Source: Geitlerinema sp. S16 (GTDB taxonomy: Bacteria > Cyanobacteriota > Cyanobacteriia > Cyanobacteriales > Geitlerinemataceae). From it: a stretch of DNA of 64,000 nt. Below the pieces are notes generated by a model, which worked only from the letters and a program-made list of their open reading frames with translations, was not told where the DNA came from and searched no databases. A program made the translations under genes and the position numbers. Location: positions 17,204 through 81,203 of the forward strand of contig JAABST010000018.1 in the NCBI GenBank assembly GCA_011390275.1, read 5' to 3'. Each line of letters begins with the position of its first letter. Position 1 is the stretch's first letter. Positions 37,885-49,382 of the stretch are shown one piece after another.

Positions 37885-37916
37885 CAAAAAAGCTGCATTG
37901 ATGATGCAGCTTTTTT
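37885..37916. terminator. Bidirectional terminator between the convergent TPR gene and acsF
   Basis: AAAAAAGCTGCAT-TGAT-GATGCAGCTTTTTT. Confidence 0.8.
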
Positions 37917-38006
37917 GGTTGATGAACCTGAGGAGGTCGCCGAATAAATTGGCCATTCTTGGCTATTCAACGACTCGCTCACGCATCATTAATTAGCAAA
38001 CTCGAC

Positions 38007-39083
38007 TTAACGAGCCGTACCGTGAGTCGCTTCGACGCGAACCGGTTTCATCAGGTAAAGCGAAATCAATTCAACCGCATTCGAGATATATAGCGGTAGT
38101 TTCTGGAAGAGCTTGACCAAACCGTTAGAGTTCGACTGAGCGATTTCTGCCAGCTTATTGTTATTGGCAAAGCAGACATCCAGACGACCGTAAAACTCAG
38201 GATTTTCGACATCCAGGACGATCGGGAACACACGACCGGCGGTTTCGTTGGTTTTCTTGATCACGTGAATGTCATACTCACGTGCATTAAGACCGAGCGC
38301 ACCGTAGAAATCGGCACGTTGCAGGTCGTTGAGGTACATGGTCGCAAAGACCGACAACAGGAAGAAGCGGCACCAAAGGCGAGCTTTCCAGTCGTTGAGC
38401 GTATCCGGTTGCGCCCGCATGATCGCATCGAAAAAGTCACCGTGACGGTTTTCGTCTTGGCACCAGTTCTCGAAGAAATTGAACAGCGGGTAAATGCGAT
38501 TTTCGGGGTGCTGTTCGAGGTGGCGATAAATCGTGATGTAGCGCCAGTAGCCGATTTTTTCGGATAGGTAGGTGGCGTAGAAGATAAACTTCGGCTTGAA
38601 GAACGTATAGCTACGCGCTTTGGTCAGAAAGCCGAGGTCAAGCTGAAGGTTAAAGTCCGACATCGCCTTGTTGAGGAAACCCGCGTGGCGAGCTTCGTCG
38701 CGGCACATCAGGTTAAAGCACTCAGCAAGTAACGGGTTGCGATTTTTGAGGCGACGTCCGAGTTCTTTGTAGAGGAGGAAACCGGAGAATTCTGCGGTGC
38801 AGGATCGCTCTAGAAATTCAACGAACAATTCCCGTTCTTCACCTGTGATGTGATCCCAGGTGGTATCAAATTGCTCGTCGCGCACAAAGTGATGACGGTT
38901 GTAATCAACACGAAATTCTTCGAGAATCGCTCGCAATTCGTCTTCGTTGACAGAAATGTCCATCTTGGCCATTTCCTCGAAGTCGGTTGTGTAGAAACGA
39001 GGGGTGAGAATCGTCTCTTTCGCGGGCGACTTTACGCCGGGGCGCATCTCATCGATTGCTGGTTTTTTGACGGAATCTACCAT
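38007..39083 (-). CDS. acsF: Mg-protoporphyrin IX monomethyl ester oxidative cyclase
   Basis: [20 protein letters not shown]... and di-iron carboxylate motifs ([26 protein letters not shown]) are present. The length is 358 aa. Confidence 0.95.
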   Translation of the reverse strand: MVDSVKKPAIDEMRPGVKSPAKETILTPRFYTTDFEEMAKMDISVNEDELRAILEEFRVDYNRHHFVRDEQFDTTWDHITGEERELFVEFLERSCTAEFSGFLLYKELGRRLKNRNPLLAECFNLMCRDEARHAGFLNKAMSDFNLQLDLGFLTKARSYTFFKPKFIFYATYLSEKIGYWRYITIYRHLEQHPENRIYPLFNFFENWCQDENRHGDFFDAIMRAQPDTLNDWKARLWCRFFLLSVFATMYLNDLQRADFYGALGLNAREYDIHVIKKTNETAGRVFPIVLDVENPEFYGRLDVCFANNNKLAEIAQSNSNGLVKLFQKLPLYISNAVELISLYLMKPVRVEATHGTAR

Positions 39084-39304
39084 GGGAATTTTTGAGGTAT
39101 TGCTGCGATCGCGAGAACTACGGTAGCCGCGTCACCAAACGCGCATCGGTACTGTAGATCTAGGCTTTAAATTGTATGTAATTAGGTCTCAGTGTATCAA
39201 CGGGCTGAAAGGCGATCGGTTGACTGTCGTAAAAAGTTACAACATGTTGCGTTTGGGGATCATGCGTTGTATCGGCCACGCGATCGACTGGGCGCGACGT
39301 AGGT

Positions 39305-39694
39305 TTAGGTCGGATCGCTCGATCGCCGGATAATCCGTTTGGCTTTAACCCCGACCGCTTGATTGAAGCGGATTAGCTCCAGGCTGCGATCGCCGTAAAC
39401 ATCGTTAATGTGTTCCTGACAGCACTCGATCGCGAACTCATTTAAATCCGCGTCTTCGACCCCATAGCGAATTTTGAACTCTCCCGCATCGACCCGACAA
39501 AACGCCGGTCGATCGTCATAGACCCGGCACTCGCGCGTCTCGCGATCATAATTCACACACCAGCCATCATCCGCCACCATCCCGAGATACAGCGCCAGCT
39601 CCTCGGGTGTCAGATAGTCTCCCAGATCGGGACGTTCGCTGGGTTCGAGGTAGCAGCACGCCCCGCAGTTCTTGACACATTGCCACGTTGCCAT
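39305..39694 (-). CDS. YkgJ-family cysteine-cluster protein (UPF0153)
   Basis: MATWQCVKNCGACCYLEP contains the CxxCxxCC motif, and further conserved Cys residues follow. The track ORF starts 10 codons earlier, at 39724. Confidence 0.7.
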   Translation of the reverse strand: MATWQCVKNCGACCYLEPSERPDLGDYLTPEELALYLGMVADDGWCVNYDRETRECRVYDDRPAFCRVDAGEFKIRYGVEDADLNEFAIECCQEHINDVYGDRSLELIRFNQAVGVKAKRIIRRSSDPT

Positions 39695-39905
39695 CGCTCT
39701 AAATCCTCGTTGCCTGCTAGGCACGCTCCTTGTTCTGTCTACTTTAGAGTAAATCTTTCGACTTTAAGCGCGATCGTGGTCGTGAGCTTGCATGTCATTC
39801 TGTAAACTTTCTTAAATCATTTGATGGCACAACCGCTAGTATGATTGACGGCATTAGCACTTTGCGATCGATATAACGCAACCGTTTTCGGAGATTTGAA
39901 TTGAC

Positions 39906-40037
39906 ATGGAAGCTTTAACATCTACACTGTCCTCGATTAACTGGGAAGTCATCGCCCAGCTCACCTTTGTCGGGCTGATCATCCTGTCGGGTCCGATCGT
40001 CGTGGGTCTGCTCGCTTTGCGTGGCGGTGACCTCTAG
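39906..40037 (+). CDS. psb30: Photosystem II reaction centre protein Psb30 (Ycf12)
   Basis: Hand translation gives [43 protein letters not shown]. This fits the Psb30 pattern (..W.VI.QLT.V.LI...GP.V...LA.R.G.L). It is too short for the ORF track. Confidence 0.8.
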   Translation: MEALTSTLSSINWEVIAQLTFVGLIILSGPIVVGLLALRGGDL

Positions 40038-40263
40038 ATCGTTATTTCCAAGCAGCAAACACACATAACTCTGTTTCCTGGCGTGGGGCGATCGCGATCG
40101 TTTCTCTCCCAGCGAAACCCAATGGCCGATCTGACTGCAATCCTTTAAGGATGTCGCCCGATCGGCTATTTTGTGATGGTTTCAAGGTCGCCGACACCTT
40201 GACAAAAAGCACGAACTAAGGCAGTGTGCAACACAAGCCGAGTAAGACTCCCGGCGCGAGTTC

Positions 40264-41856
40264 ATGTTAATCAGCTCGGATTTACTGCTCCACTTTCAGC
40301 GCTGTCGCCGCCGCGCATTTCTCGACACATACGGCGATGCTCGGCGAAAAGCACCGTCGGACAATTTTTTACTTAAGTTACGCGAAGATAGCCAAGCCTA
40401 CCGTGAGCTAGAACTCGCCGACCATAACTACACCCAGCCTGAGTTTACGCGCGGAAATTGGCGTGACGGGGCGGCGCAAACGCTGGATCTGATGCGATCG
40501 GGGGTTGAATGTATCTATCGCGGGGCGCTAATGACGCCGTGGCGGGAGGATGTGGATCTGGTGGCGACGCCGGATTTGTTGGTGCGGGTCGAAACGCCGT
40601 CGGAGTTGGGCGACTGGAGCTACATTTGCAAAGATATTCGGTTTGGTAAACGTCCGAAATTGGACTATCAAATCGTGTCGGTGTTTCACGGGCTGGTGTT
40701 GGCAGGGTTGCAGGGCATCTGGCCGAATGCGGCGGAGATTGCGTTGCGCGATCGCGGGATTCATGCGGTAAGCTTCGAGCATCGAACGTCGGAAATGTTT
40801 GAGATTCTCTCGCGCTGTGTGGCGATGTTGCACGATCGCCACGAGCCGGATTTATTCCTCTCGCGCCAAAAATGTAGCCTCTGCCATTGGCACGCCGACT
40901 GTCATCGCATCGCGCTACGCGATCATCATTTATCGCTGCTTCCCGGTGTGACGCCGAATCGCTTCATCCAGCTCGCCGCCCTCGGTCTCCAGACGATCGA
41001 GGATATTTTCGATCTGCCGTTTGACCGGCTTGTCCTGTCCGTGGGGCCTGACAATGCCGCGCAAATTTTCCGCCAAGCCCAGGCCAATCTCAACAATCTA
41101 GCGATTCCGCTGACGTTGCCGATTTCCCTTGTGAGCGATGTCGATCGCCTGCGTCACGCCTTGGCCGATCCTGCGGTGGATCTATTGCCCGAAAAAATCC
41201 TGCCGCTGATGGTGGCCGAGGCGTTTCCCGATCTCGATATCGAGCTGCATTTTGATATTGAAGCGGAACCCGATCGCGATGTGGATTTTCTGCTGGGGGT
41301 TTTGGAGGTCAACCGGCGCACGGGACAGCAGCAGTTTCATGGGTTTTTAGCGGAAACCCCGGAGGAAGAGGAGCGCATTTGGGACGAGTTTGTCGGGTTT
41401 ATGCTGTCGCGCCCTGATGCGCCGATCTACCACTTTTGCGATTACGAGGTGAAGACGATCGCCCGGTTAGCGCAGCGCTACGGGACGCCGCCGGGGCAGT
41501 GGAAGACGATCGCCGATCGCTGTGTGGATTTGCACTGGTGGGCGACGAAAACGGTGGTGATGCCGGTGGAAAGCTATTCGCTGAAGGCGATGGCGCGGTG
41601 GCTGGGTTTCGAGTGGCGCGATCCGCGAGCCAATGGAGCGCAGTGTATTTGCTGGTATAACGAATGGCTGGAGACGGCGGATCGCGATCGGCTGGACTGG
41701 ATTGTCCGCTACAACGAGGATGATTGTCGCGCAACCCATCAGCTCAAGATTTGGCTAGAGGAGTTTTTACGTTTATCGGCGATGACCACGCAGGTTAATA
41801 CGGTTAACAAGCGCTCATTTTTAACCGATTTTTCGACAAATGTAACCGCAATTTAA
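40264..41856 (+). CDS. TM0106-family RecB-like putative nuclease (PD-(D/E)XK/Cas4-like N-terminal domain + RNase H-like domain)
   Basis: LLHFQRCRRRAFLD starts the protein, the C-terminal Cys cluster CSLCHWHADC follows, and later DIEAEPD and YNEDDCRAT exonuclease-like motifs are present. Confidence 0.75.
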   Translation: MLISSDLLLHFQRCRRRAFLDTYGDARRKAPSDNFLLKLREDSQAYRELELADHNYTQPEFTRGNWRDGAAQTLDLMRSGVECIYRGALMTPWREDVDLVATPDLLVRVETPSELGDWSYICKDIRFGKRPKLDYQIVSVFHGLVLAGLQGIWPNAAEIALRDRGIHAVSFEHRTSEMFEILSRCVAMLHDRHEPDLFLSRQKCSLCHWHADCHRIALRDHHLSLLPGVTPNRFIQLAALGLQTIEDIFDLPFDRLVLSVGPDNAAQIFRQAQANLNNLAIPLTLPISLVSDVDRLRHALADPAVDLLPEKILPLMVAEAFPDLDIELHFDIEAEPDRDVDFLLGVLEVNRRTGQQQFHGFLAETPEEEERIWDEFVGFMLSRPDAPIYHFCDYEVKTIARLAQRYGTPPGQWKTIADRCVDLHWWATKTVVMPVESYSLKAMARWLGFEWRDPRANGAQCICWYNEWLETADRDRLDWIVRYNEDDCRATHQLKIWLEEFLRLSAMTTQVNTVNKRSFLTDFSTNVTAI

Positions 41857-41898
41857 GCGAAATTTGCCCGAGACGCCGCACGATTTGCTGGGCAAAGG

Positions 41899-42864
41899 CT
41901 ACGCCGGGATCGTCGAATTCTGCGATCGCATAAAGGTCAAAATGTGGCCTGCGATCGCCTGGGGTGCTTCGAGGTGCGGGACGTGGCCGCATTGATCGAT
42001 CCAGTGCAGTTGGCTGTTGGGCAGATCGCGATCGAACACCAGCGCGTCTTTCGTGCCGAGAATTTTATCGTTGCGTCCCCAGAGGATTAACGTCGGGACG
42101 GTGACCTCACCGAGCTGTTTGCGAATGGACGGATAGCCGCCGCTTTTAGTGAAGGCGATTAGCGCTTCGTGCCAGTTGGGCATTTCGAGGTGGAGCGCCG
42201 CACAGCAGCGAGCATCGTCAGAATTAAGCTGTTTGTTGAAATACGCGGATGCGCCGATACTGCTACGAACGCCGGGACGTTTGAGAAAATCGGTGGCGAA
42301 TTTATCGAAGGGCGGAAAAATAAATTTACCGAGGATCGGGCCATTGGCGATGCCTGCGCTGTCGAGCAAGACCAAGCGATCGACGGCGTCCGGGTGACGT
42401 AGGGCAAAGCGGATCGCCGCTGCGCCGCCCATCGACGCGCCGACGAGTACCACGGGACGATCGATCAGCGATCGCCAGGTGTCGTACAAATGCTGATCGA
42501 TGTCATCGGGCGTGAATCCGCTGCCCGCTGTACGATCGCTAAAGCCAAATCCGAGCAAATCCACCGCGTAGGTTTCCCGCTCGATCGACAGCAACGGCTG
42601 AAGGCGGCGATATTCAAACACCGAGCTATCAAACCCGTGAATCAGCAAGATCGGCGCCGATCGCCCATCGGCCTGACCCGTGCGGACGTAGGTTGTGCGT
42701 AGCGGCTTCGGCGCGATCGCCGTCACGATATCGACAGCGGCGATCGCTTGAGCCTGGGCGATCGAGGTCGTCTCAGTTAGATTTTGAACCGTATCGGGTA
42801 GAAACGCAGGAAACATGCAGACAGACGGAACGCACCGAAGCGCACCGGGTAAAAAATATAGCAA
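41899..42864 (-). CDS. Alpha/beta-fold hydrolase
   Basis: PILLIHGFDSS, the nucleophile elbow GASMGG and C-terminal GHVPHLE are present. An alternative start is ATG 42816. Confidence 0.8.
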   Translation of the reverse strand: MLYFLPGALRCVPSVCMFPAFLPDTVQNLTETTSIAQAQAIAAVDIVTAIAPKPLRTTYVRTGQADGRSAPILLIHGFDSSVFEYRRLQPLLSIERETYAVDLLGFGFSDRTAGSGFTPDDIDQHLYDTWRSLIDRPVVLVGASMGGAAAIRFALRHPDAVDRLVLLDSAGIANGPILGKFIFPPFDKFATDFLKRPGVRSSIGASAYFNKQLNSDDARCCAALHLEMPNWHEALIAFTKSGGYPSIRKQLGEVTVPTLILWGRNDKILGTKDALVFDRDLPNSQLHWIDQCGHVPHLEAPQAIAGHILTFMRSQNSTIPA

Positions 42865-42936
42865 TCGTTAAATTCAGGCTGGAGGGATCGGCTCGTCAGG
42901 ATTGACGCACATCATCACCGATCAAACTTCTCAGGC

Positions 42937-45189
42937 TTAGTTGCCCGCCTCGGCCTGCCAGTCCCGAACGTACCAGCGATCGTTACGTTGTTCGAGTTCA
43001 TACTGTACCCGTAACGTATCGTCCGTCTGACGTACTTCCGTATCCCCCTCAAATAACGTACCGCGTTCGATCACCGTGGCCGAGACGATCGCGATCGGAG
43101 CCTCGCCGCGATCGGCGGATGGAGTCTGCGCGGATGCAGCCTCATTTGTTTCGGAATCACTATTGGTTGGCAAACCCGGTTCATTTTCTGGGCTGGCCGT
43201 GCCGCTCGCCGTACTCTCGGGCGCACGTTCGATCACCACGTCGTTGATTTCATGTTCATACTCCCAATACCAGCCGCTCGCCTCCGCCTCGATCGCCAGA
43301 TTCTCGATCGAGGCCAGCGCCGGAGCCACTAAAATTTCGCTGAGTGCATTAATCTCTCGATCGTTGCCCATCGCGCGGCGTTTGATATCAAGCCAGGTCT
43401 TGATCGTGACTTGGGCGCGATCGTCGGTGAGTTGACCGCGTGTTTTGTTTTCCGGTGTTGCCTCTTCTGGGGTGGGTTCAGGCAGCGTGAACACTGGGCG
43501 ATCGAGCGAAACGGCTAGCGGCGTCCCCTCCAGTTTTGGCGCACCAAAATTACTAAACACACTGGCAATTCCCGCCAACACGCGCCCGAGTACCCAGAAA
43601 ATCAAGACGATCGCCACGACACCGCCAGCGCCAAGCATGAGCAGCCGATCGATCCGGAGGCGAGGCTGACGGCGTACCCGTTTGCGTGGGGGGGGAGAGG
43701 TCACAGCATCATAGTTTTGGGCGATCGGTCGCGGCAACATGGGCGCAGGCTGATCAGCGGTGGCGGCCTCTGTGAAGGCATTACGATCAATCGTCCACGA
43801 GACGGGATCGTCGCTGCTGGGCATGAGCGACGGTGCGGCTTGTGCGGTCGCGGCGGCCATAACGGGCATCGGCGGCGCTGGAATCGCGCTGCGCGTGTCG
43901 GGCTGAAGCGGCGGTAGCTGCCGATAGCCGACTTCTAGCCAGCGATCGGACACCTGGGTATCCGGCGGCAAACTTTCGAGATAGGTTTGCACCTGGGGAT
44001 CGGCGAAGTAATCCTTGAGCGAGGCGGTACGGTCTTTCAGGTCGCGAAAGTGGGGGAAGATATCGTCTTGTAGCCACTGCTCACTGTAGAGACATAGCCC
44101 CGGCAACAGATCGGGCGATCCTTGGGAATTTTCACGAATGACGCGCAGCGCCTCGTCATCTTGGCTGAGATCGAGCGATCGCGTCGCCCGATCGCTTTGC
44201 CCCAACAGCAAGGCGCAGATCGCTTGCTCCAGATGCACATCCTGGCGGCGTCCGAGCTGGATTAGCATCGATTTCGCGCGATAAATCGAAGCGGGTTGAT
44301 GCTGGACAAAGCCCCGCGCGATCGCTGCATAGGCGGCGAGATAGGTCGCCACCGCCGAAGGCCGACGCGCCTCCATTTCAAACAAAAGCTGCTGTTCGGC
44401 AACGGTCGTATATTGCCGTAACTGCTGGATAAACCGCAGGAAACCCTCGACGCTCAGACCCGATCGATCATCGCCAGCGCCATCGATGCCGCCGCGATCC
44501 TGGAGCATATCGCGCAACAACTGAAACCCGCGCTGACGTGGCACATCGCGATCGAGCGGCAGCGACAGCAGTTCCAGCACGCGATAGGGGCGCAGCTTCC
44601 GCAAATCGGTTTGCATCTCGCCCCGCACCTGAGGCAGTAACCCCTCACGCAACAGCATCGCCTGTCCCGCTTCGAGCGAAGCCGCCGCTTTTTCGTACAG
44701 CTTTTGCTGCCACTGTTCGCGACCAATTTCGAGATAAGCCGTCGCCACCGACAGCACCACATCCGCTCGCTGGACGGTCTGACTGGCCGAATCCCGAATC
44801 GACTGGGGCTGACTCAACAGGGGTCGTCCCAGCTTCAGCACCGTTTCGTATTCGCCCAGTTCTAGCAAAATTGGCAATGCACCCACCAGGTTCGCCTCGT
44901 CAATTTCTAGGGTTGGCGGATTGGGATTTGGGTCGTCGCTCTCGCCGACCTTGGACGCACCGGGAAGGGTAGAATTTAAAAATTTTGTGTCGTAGCGCTC
45001 GCGCAGCACATCATCCGCCAACGTCTCAAACGCCTCGTTGATCAACGCAACACGAGCCGCGATAGCCGTTTCGGAATACTCACGACGGGGCGACTGTTGC
45101 AGGCGATCGCGATAGGCTTGTTGCAGCCGTTCGGGCGTCGCCTGAATCGGCAATCCGAGTATGCGGTAGTAGTCGAGCGGAATTTGCAC
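42937..45189 (-). CDS. zipN: Cell-division protein ZipN/Ftn2 (ARC6 homologue; J-domain-like N-terminus, DUF4101 C-terminus)
   Basis: The N-terminus is MQIPLDYYRILGLPIQATPERLQQAYRDR. A single TM helix lies mid-protein, and the C-terminal domain resembles ARC6/Ftn2. Confidence 0.8.
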   Translation of the reverse strand: MQIPLDYYRILGLPIQATPERLQQAYRDRLQQSPRREYSETAIAARVALINEAFETLADDVLRERYDTKFLNSTLPGASKVGESDDPNPNPPTLEIDEANLVGALPILLELGEYETVLKLGRPLLSQPQSIRDSASQTVQRADVVLSVATAYLEIGREQWQQKLYEKAAASLEAGQAMLLREGLLPQVRGEMQTDLRKLRPYRVLELLSLPLDRDVPRQRGFQLLRDMLQDRGGIDGAGDDRSGLSVEGFLRFIQQLRQYTTVAEQQLLFEMEARRPSAVATYLAAYAAIARGFVQHQPASIYRAKSMLIQLGRRQDVHLEQAICALLLGQSDRATRSLDLSQDDEALRVIRENSQGSPDLLPGLCLYSEQWLQDDIFPHFRDLKDRTASLKDYFADPQVQTYLESLPPDTQVSDRWLEVGYRQLPPLQPDTRSAIPAPPMPVMAAATAQAAPSLMPSSDDPVSWTIDRNAFTEAATADQPAPMLPRPIAQNYDAVTSPPPRKRVRRQPRLRIDRLLMLGAGGVVAIVLIFWVLGRVLAGIASVFSNFGAPKLEGTPLAVSLDRPVFTLPEPTPEEATPENKTRGQLTDDRAQVTIKTWLDIKRRAMGNDREINALSEILVAPALASIENLAIEAEASGWYWEYEHEINDVVIERAPESTASGTASPENEPGLPTNSDSETNEAASAQTPSADRGEAPIAIVSATVIERGTLFEGDTEVRQTDDTLRVQYELEQRNDRWYVRDWQAEAGN

Positions 45190-45414
45190 GGCGATCTACG
45201 TCAGGACGGCGGCGAATAGGACTGGTCTAACATATCCTATCTGACAAACCCGACGATGCTGCATCGGGATGATATCGGGATAGTCCGAAGTGTTACTCGC
45301 CAGACTCACCCGTGAGCAAACGCATCGGTTTTGTCTGGCCTGTTTGGAATGACGCCTTACCACTACAATGTCTAGAGTGAATTTTTGGTAAAGCGCCCAC
45401 ATCGCAGCACTTCC

Positions 45415-46452
45415 ATGGTCTCAGAACGTACGATTCCCGCAAGCAACACGGCAGCAGCCGAAATCGATCGCGATGCCGCCCTCGCGGTCTATCAGGACAT
45501 GGTACTGGGGCGCTTTTTTGAAGATAAATGCGCCGAGATGTACTATCGCGGCAAAATGTTCGGCTTCGTCCACTTATATAACGGTCAAGAGGCCGTTTCC
45601 AGTGGCATCGTGCGTGGCGCGATGAAACCGGGACACGACTATGTCTGCAGCACCTACCGCGACCACGTCCATGCCCTGAGCGCGGGTGTACCTGCCCGTC
45701 AGGTGATGGCCGAGCTATTCGGCAAAGAAACCGGCTGTAGTAAAGGACGCGGTGGATCGATGCACATGTTTTCCAGCGAGCATAACTTGCTCGGTGGTTA
45801 CGCCTTTGTGGCTGAGGGTATCCCGGTTGCGGCAGGTGCGGCATTCCAAAGCCGGTATCGACGCGATGTGATGGGTGATGAATCGTCCGATCGCGTCGTG
45901 GCCTGTTTCTTCGGTGATGGTGCGAGCAATAACGGCCAGTTTTTCGAGACGCTCAATATGGCGTCGCTGTGGAAGCTGCCGATTATTTTCGTGGTGGAAA
46001 ATAATAAATGGGCGATCGGCATGGCGCACGAACGCGCAACCTCGCAGCCGGAAATCTACAAAAAAGCCAGCGTCTTCAACATGGTTGGTGTTGAAGTCGA
46101 TGGTATGGACGTGATGGCCGTGCGGGAAGCGGCAATGGCTGCCGTGAAGCGTGCGCGAGCCGGTGAAGGCCCCACGCTGATCGAAGCGCTGACCTACCGT
46201 TTTCGCGGTCACTCCCTGGCTGACCCGGACGAGCTGCGATCGCAGGAAGAGAAAGACATCTGGTTCGCTCGTGACCCGATCACGCGCTTCGAGAACTACA
46301 TGCTCGAACACAACCTCGCCACCGAAGCCGACTTCAAAGAAGTGAAGCAGAAGATTCAAGCTGAGGTGAATGAGTCGGTCGAGTTTGCGGAAAATAGCCC
46401 CGAGCCTGATCCGAGTGAACTTCGTCGCTATATCTTTGCGGAAGACGAGTAA
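45415..46452 (+). CDS. pdhA: Pyruvate dehydrogenase E1 component alpha subunit
   Basis: [35 protein letters not shown]...GGSMH...[12 protein letters not shown] (TPP motif) supports the call. The track start is TTG 45385; ATG 45415 is preferred. Confidence 0.9.
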   Translation: MVSERTIPASNTAAAEIDRDAALAVYQDMVLGRFFEDKCAEMYYRGKMFGFVHLYNGQEAVSSGIVRGAMKPGHDYVCSTYRDHVHALSAGVPARQVMAELFGKETGCSKGRGGSMHMFSSEHNLLGGYAFVAEGIPVAAGAAFQSRYRRDVMGDESSDRVVACFFGDGASNNGQFFETLNMASLWKLPIIFVVENNKWAIGMAHERATSQPEIYKKASVFNMVGVEVDGMDVMAVREAAMAAVKRARAGEGPTLIEALTYRFRGHSLADPDELRSQEEKDIWFARDPITRFENYMLEHNLATEADFKEVKQKIQAEVNESVEFAENSPEPDPSELRRYIFAEDE

Positions 46453-46481
46453 GTCGGGTCAATGACTTATCTTTAAAGTCC

Positions 46482-46517
46482 AAAAAGGGAGAACCATACG
46501 TGGCGCTCCCTTTTTTT
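46482..46517. terminator. Bidirectional terminator between pdhA and the convergent hypothetical gene
   Basis: AAAAAGGGAG-(14 nt)-CTCCCTTTTTTT. Confidence 0.7.
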
Positions 46518-46526
46518 ATGACTTTT

Positions 46527-47180
46527 TTATGACCCTCGTTTCGTTGCAGTGGACTTCGGAGGGTTCACACCAATAGTCGGATCGAGATCGCTCCCTGCGG
46601 CTTCAATCACCTCATCGACCGTCACAATCTCCGGCTCATTCGTCCCATCTGCGCGAATAATCTCCAGCACAAGGCGAGCATTGCCGCTCATGTTTTCGCG
46701 AAAGCGGGTGAGATCTGCGCAGGTGCTCGCCACCTTTTGCAAGATTTTGCCGGTTTTACGATCGCTCGCCAAATCCAACTCCGTCGGCGTCAGCGATCGC
46801 TCCTCATCCAGAACTGCCTGGACGAGCGACACGAGGGGGCGTGCTTCGGTGCAGGCGTGCTGATGAGCCACCTGGCAGGCTAGGAGCTGACAGAGTTCGA
46901 TCGCGCCCTGTTCGACGGGCAGCAGGCTCGGACTAGGCGCGTCAGCCATTTCAGAAACAGTTTCAGACAAAGACATAATCGATTCTTCGGTAATTCCGTT
47001 AGCAAAACGTTCGGTCGGCAGGCGGCCATCTTCCCAAAGGGTGCGAGCCAGCTCGATCGCGTGCTGGCGCGATCGGCGCGATGGCGTCACCCCTCGCAAA
47101 ATCACGAGTGTCCCCTGACGGGCGATCGGCTCGCGATCGAGGTCATCAATAATCAGATAGCAAAGACGATGCGGAAACAC
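46527..47180 (-). CDS. Conserved hypothetical protein
   Basis: 217-aa track ORF with coherent composition. No motif was recognised with confidence. Confidence 0.5.
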   Translation of the reverse strand: MFPHRLCYLIIDDLDREPIARQGTLVILRGVTPSRRSRQHAIELARTLWEDGRLPTERFANGITEESIMSLSETVSEMADAPSPSLLPVEQGAIELCQLLACQVAHQHACTEARPLVSLVQAVLDEERSLTPTELDLASDRKTGKILQKVASTCADLTRFRENMSGNARLVLEIIRADGTNEPEIVTVDEVIEAAGSDLDPTIGVNPPKSTATKRGS

Positions 47181-47531
47181 ATATAGCCTCGTGAATTTGA
47201 TTTGTGTTCAATAAGTTTAATCACTTTACCCTAGGATGTGATTCCCGTTTTCGACCTGCACGCTTTCTTAATCTCCAGGACTGACGCACGATGGGTTAAA
47301 AGTCCTACTTCTTGCATTGTCCTGAGATCTGGAACAGCGACGGTTCGTTGAGAAGTTCGGACTTCTGCGTCAGTGTTACCTGTGGTGTTGAGAAACTCTA
47401 GACTAGATGCTTGAGGATGGTTACCAACCTTGACCCCGATCGCGATCGGGGTGCTGCCTTCGTTGCCTTCACGTCAGTCGATCCCAACGTTTTAATCGTC
47501 CTCAGTTCAGCATCTCTGAGTCTATTGCCGC

Positions 47532-48203
47532 ATGTGTTTGAGTTTTCGTAACCCATTTTGCCAGCTCAATCCGCTGCGAGCCATTGCCAAGCTAACAATC
47601 ATCTTGGTGTTAGGCGAGACGATGCTCGTTCCCCAGATCGCCACCGCAGCCTCGTCGCCCCCGTGGGTAGCTTCAGAGCCAATACCGGCGGTATCTAGCG
47701 CGATCGCCAGCACGATCGCCTCTACGGTCGTTACGCCCCCCTCCAGTGAGCAGTTCGGCAGTCCGAGGCGCTGCGGCGACCAGCCCAGTGGCCTGGGGTT
47801 TCCAGGGTTTCCGCTTGGGTCGTCGCGATCGGCGGTCGAGTCGATGCTGGGGGTTCCCAATGATGAATTTCGTGGTTATTGGGGCGACACGACGGCTCTG
47901 GTTTACCATCTGATCCCCGGCGAAGTCAGTCTTGGGTTGCTGTTCGATCGCCAGTCGCAGCAACTTCAACAAACCGAAGCCTCCTTTGCCCTCAGTATTG
48001 GTATTGACGTGGTGTTCGAGACCCTAGACACGATGCTGGGCTGCCGGTTGAATGATGGTATTCGCGAGGGCGTTCGTCAGGTGTGGAGCGATGAACGCCG
48101 GAGCTATCGCTTTAGCAATGAAACCTTGCTCGGGCTGGTGCAGTGGGAGAGTGCCGATCGGCTCTATATCGGGGTCTGGCTCGCCAATTTTCATGGCTAT
48201 TAG
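47532..48203 (+). CDS. Hypothetical (possibly secreted) protein
   Basis: This is the longest of three overlapping ORFs. It has a hydrophobic N-terminal segment and a Ser/Pro/Ala-rich linker. The start is uncertain. Confidence 0.4.
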   Translation: MCLSFRNPFCQLNPLRAIAKLTIILVLGETMLVPQIATAASSPPWVASEPIPAVSSAIASTIASTVVTPPSSEQFGSPRRCGDQPSGLGFPGFPLGSSRSAVESMLGVPNDEFRGYWGDTTALVYHLIPGEVSLGLLFDRQSQQLQQTEASFALSIGIDVVFETLDTMLGCRLNDGIREGVRQVWSDERRSYRFSNETLLGLVQWESADRLYIGVWLANFHGY

Positions 48204-48256
48204 CTGAATCGGCGTTGATATTGTGAGCTACGAGGGCAAATTTAGGGGACAGAACG

Positions 48257-49192
48257 ATGACAAAACGGAGCTATGCCATTCTCGGCACGGGAGCGATCGG
48301 CGGGCTGTATGGGGCGCGGCTGCACGCCGCTGGTTTTCCCGTTCGCTTTTTGCTGAATCGCGATTATGAGCAGGTGCGCGATCATGGCTTACGGGTCGAT
48401 TCCATTTGGGGCGATCTGCATCTGCGCGATCTCGATATTTATCAGGACGTAGCGCAAATGCCGCCCGCTGATGTGACGATCGTCGCTCTCAAAACGACGC
48501 AAAATTCGGATTTATCCACACTATTGCCACCGCTGGTGGGCGATCGCGGCCTCGCCCTGGTGCTGCAAAATGGCCTTGGGGTTGAAGACGAGATTGCCCG
48601 CATGATTGGCGATCGCGTCCTCGGTGGGTTGTGTTTCACCTGCTCGAATAAAGTCGCGCCGGGATATATCCATCATCTCGACGAAGGCAAAATCGCCCTC
48701 GGAGATTTTCGCCCCGATGGTCAGCCCAGCGGCATCACCGATCGCCTCGATGCGATCGCCACTGATCTCGAAACCGCCGGTATTCCGATCGATCGTCAAG
48801 CCGATCTGATCCTGGCACGCTGGAAAAAATTGATGTGGAATATCCCGTTTAACGGGTTGTCCGCGATTCTCAACGCCAAAACCGATGCGCTGGTCGCCGA
48901 TCCGGCCATTCGGACACTCGCGATCGAACTCATGCAAGAAATTCGCGCCGCCGCCGCCGCCGCCGATCGCCACATTCCCGCTGATTTTATCGAGACAATG
49001 CTCACGACCACCGATGCGATGCGCCCGTACCTCACCAGCATGAAACTCGATCTGGATCACGATCGCCCCCTCGAAGTCGAAGCAATCTTTGGCAATCCGA
49101 TCCGAGCTGCCCAGGCGTCCGGCGTGGCGATGCCCCAAACCTTGACCTTATACCGACAGTTAAAGTTTCTCGCCGATCGCCGATCACCGTAA
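48257..49192 (+). CDS. panE: 2-dehydropantoate 2-reductase (ketopantoate reductase)
   Basis: The N-terminal YAILGTGAIGGLYGARL Rossmann motif and the ApbA/PanE C-terminal pattern (KLMWNIPFNGL...SMKLD) are present. Confidence 0.85.
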   Translation: MTKRSYAILGTGAIGGLYGARLHAAGFPVRFLLNRDYEQVRDHGLRVDSIWGDLHLRDLDIYQDVAQMPPADVTIVALKTTQNSDLSTLLPPLVGDRGLALVLQNGLGVEDEIARMIGDRVLGGLCFTCSNKVAPGYIHHLDEGKIALGDFRPDGQPSGITDRLDAIATDLETAGIPIDRQADLILARWKKLMWNIPFNGLSAILNAKTDALVADPAIRTLAIELMQEIRAAAAAADRHIPADFIETMLTTTDAMRPYLTSMKLDLDHDRPLEVEAIFGNPIRAAQASGVAMPQTLTLYRQLKFLADRRSP

Positions 49193-49382
49193 ATTTGGGA
49201 TCAGAAAAATGTAGATTTCCGGAAGACGGCGCGATCGGGCTGCTTGTCAAGACAGAGAGTGTCAGTGTAGAAAATAGAACAGTCATTGCTTCGGATCTTC
49301 GAGTCGCGATCGCGCATCCCTCGGTGTATCCCGTCTGGCACGGCTGTTTCGTATACCCCAACGCAAGTCAGGCGGTTCGACG

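Noticed and set aside
45293-45844. 183-aa minus-strand ORF
   Set aside because: It is antisense to pdhA and extremely Arg/Pro/Ser/Cys-rich, a typical shadow ORF. The same reasoning applies to the many other antisense ORFs inside mraY, hemA, glnN, zipN, the cyclase, the GTPase and others.
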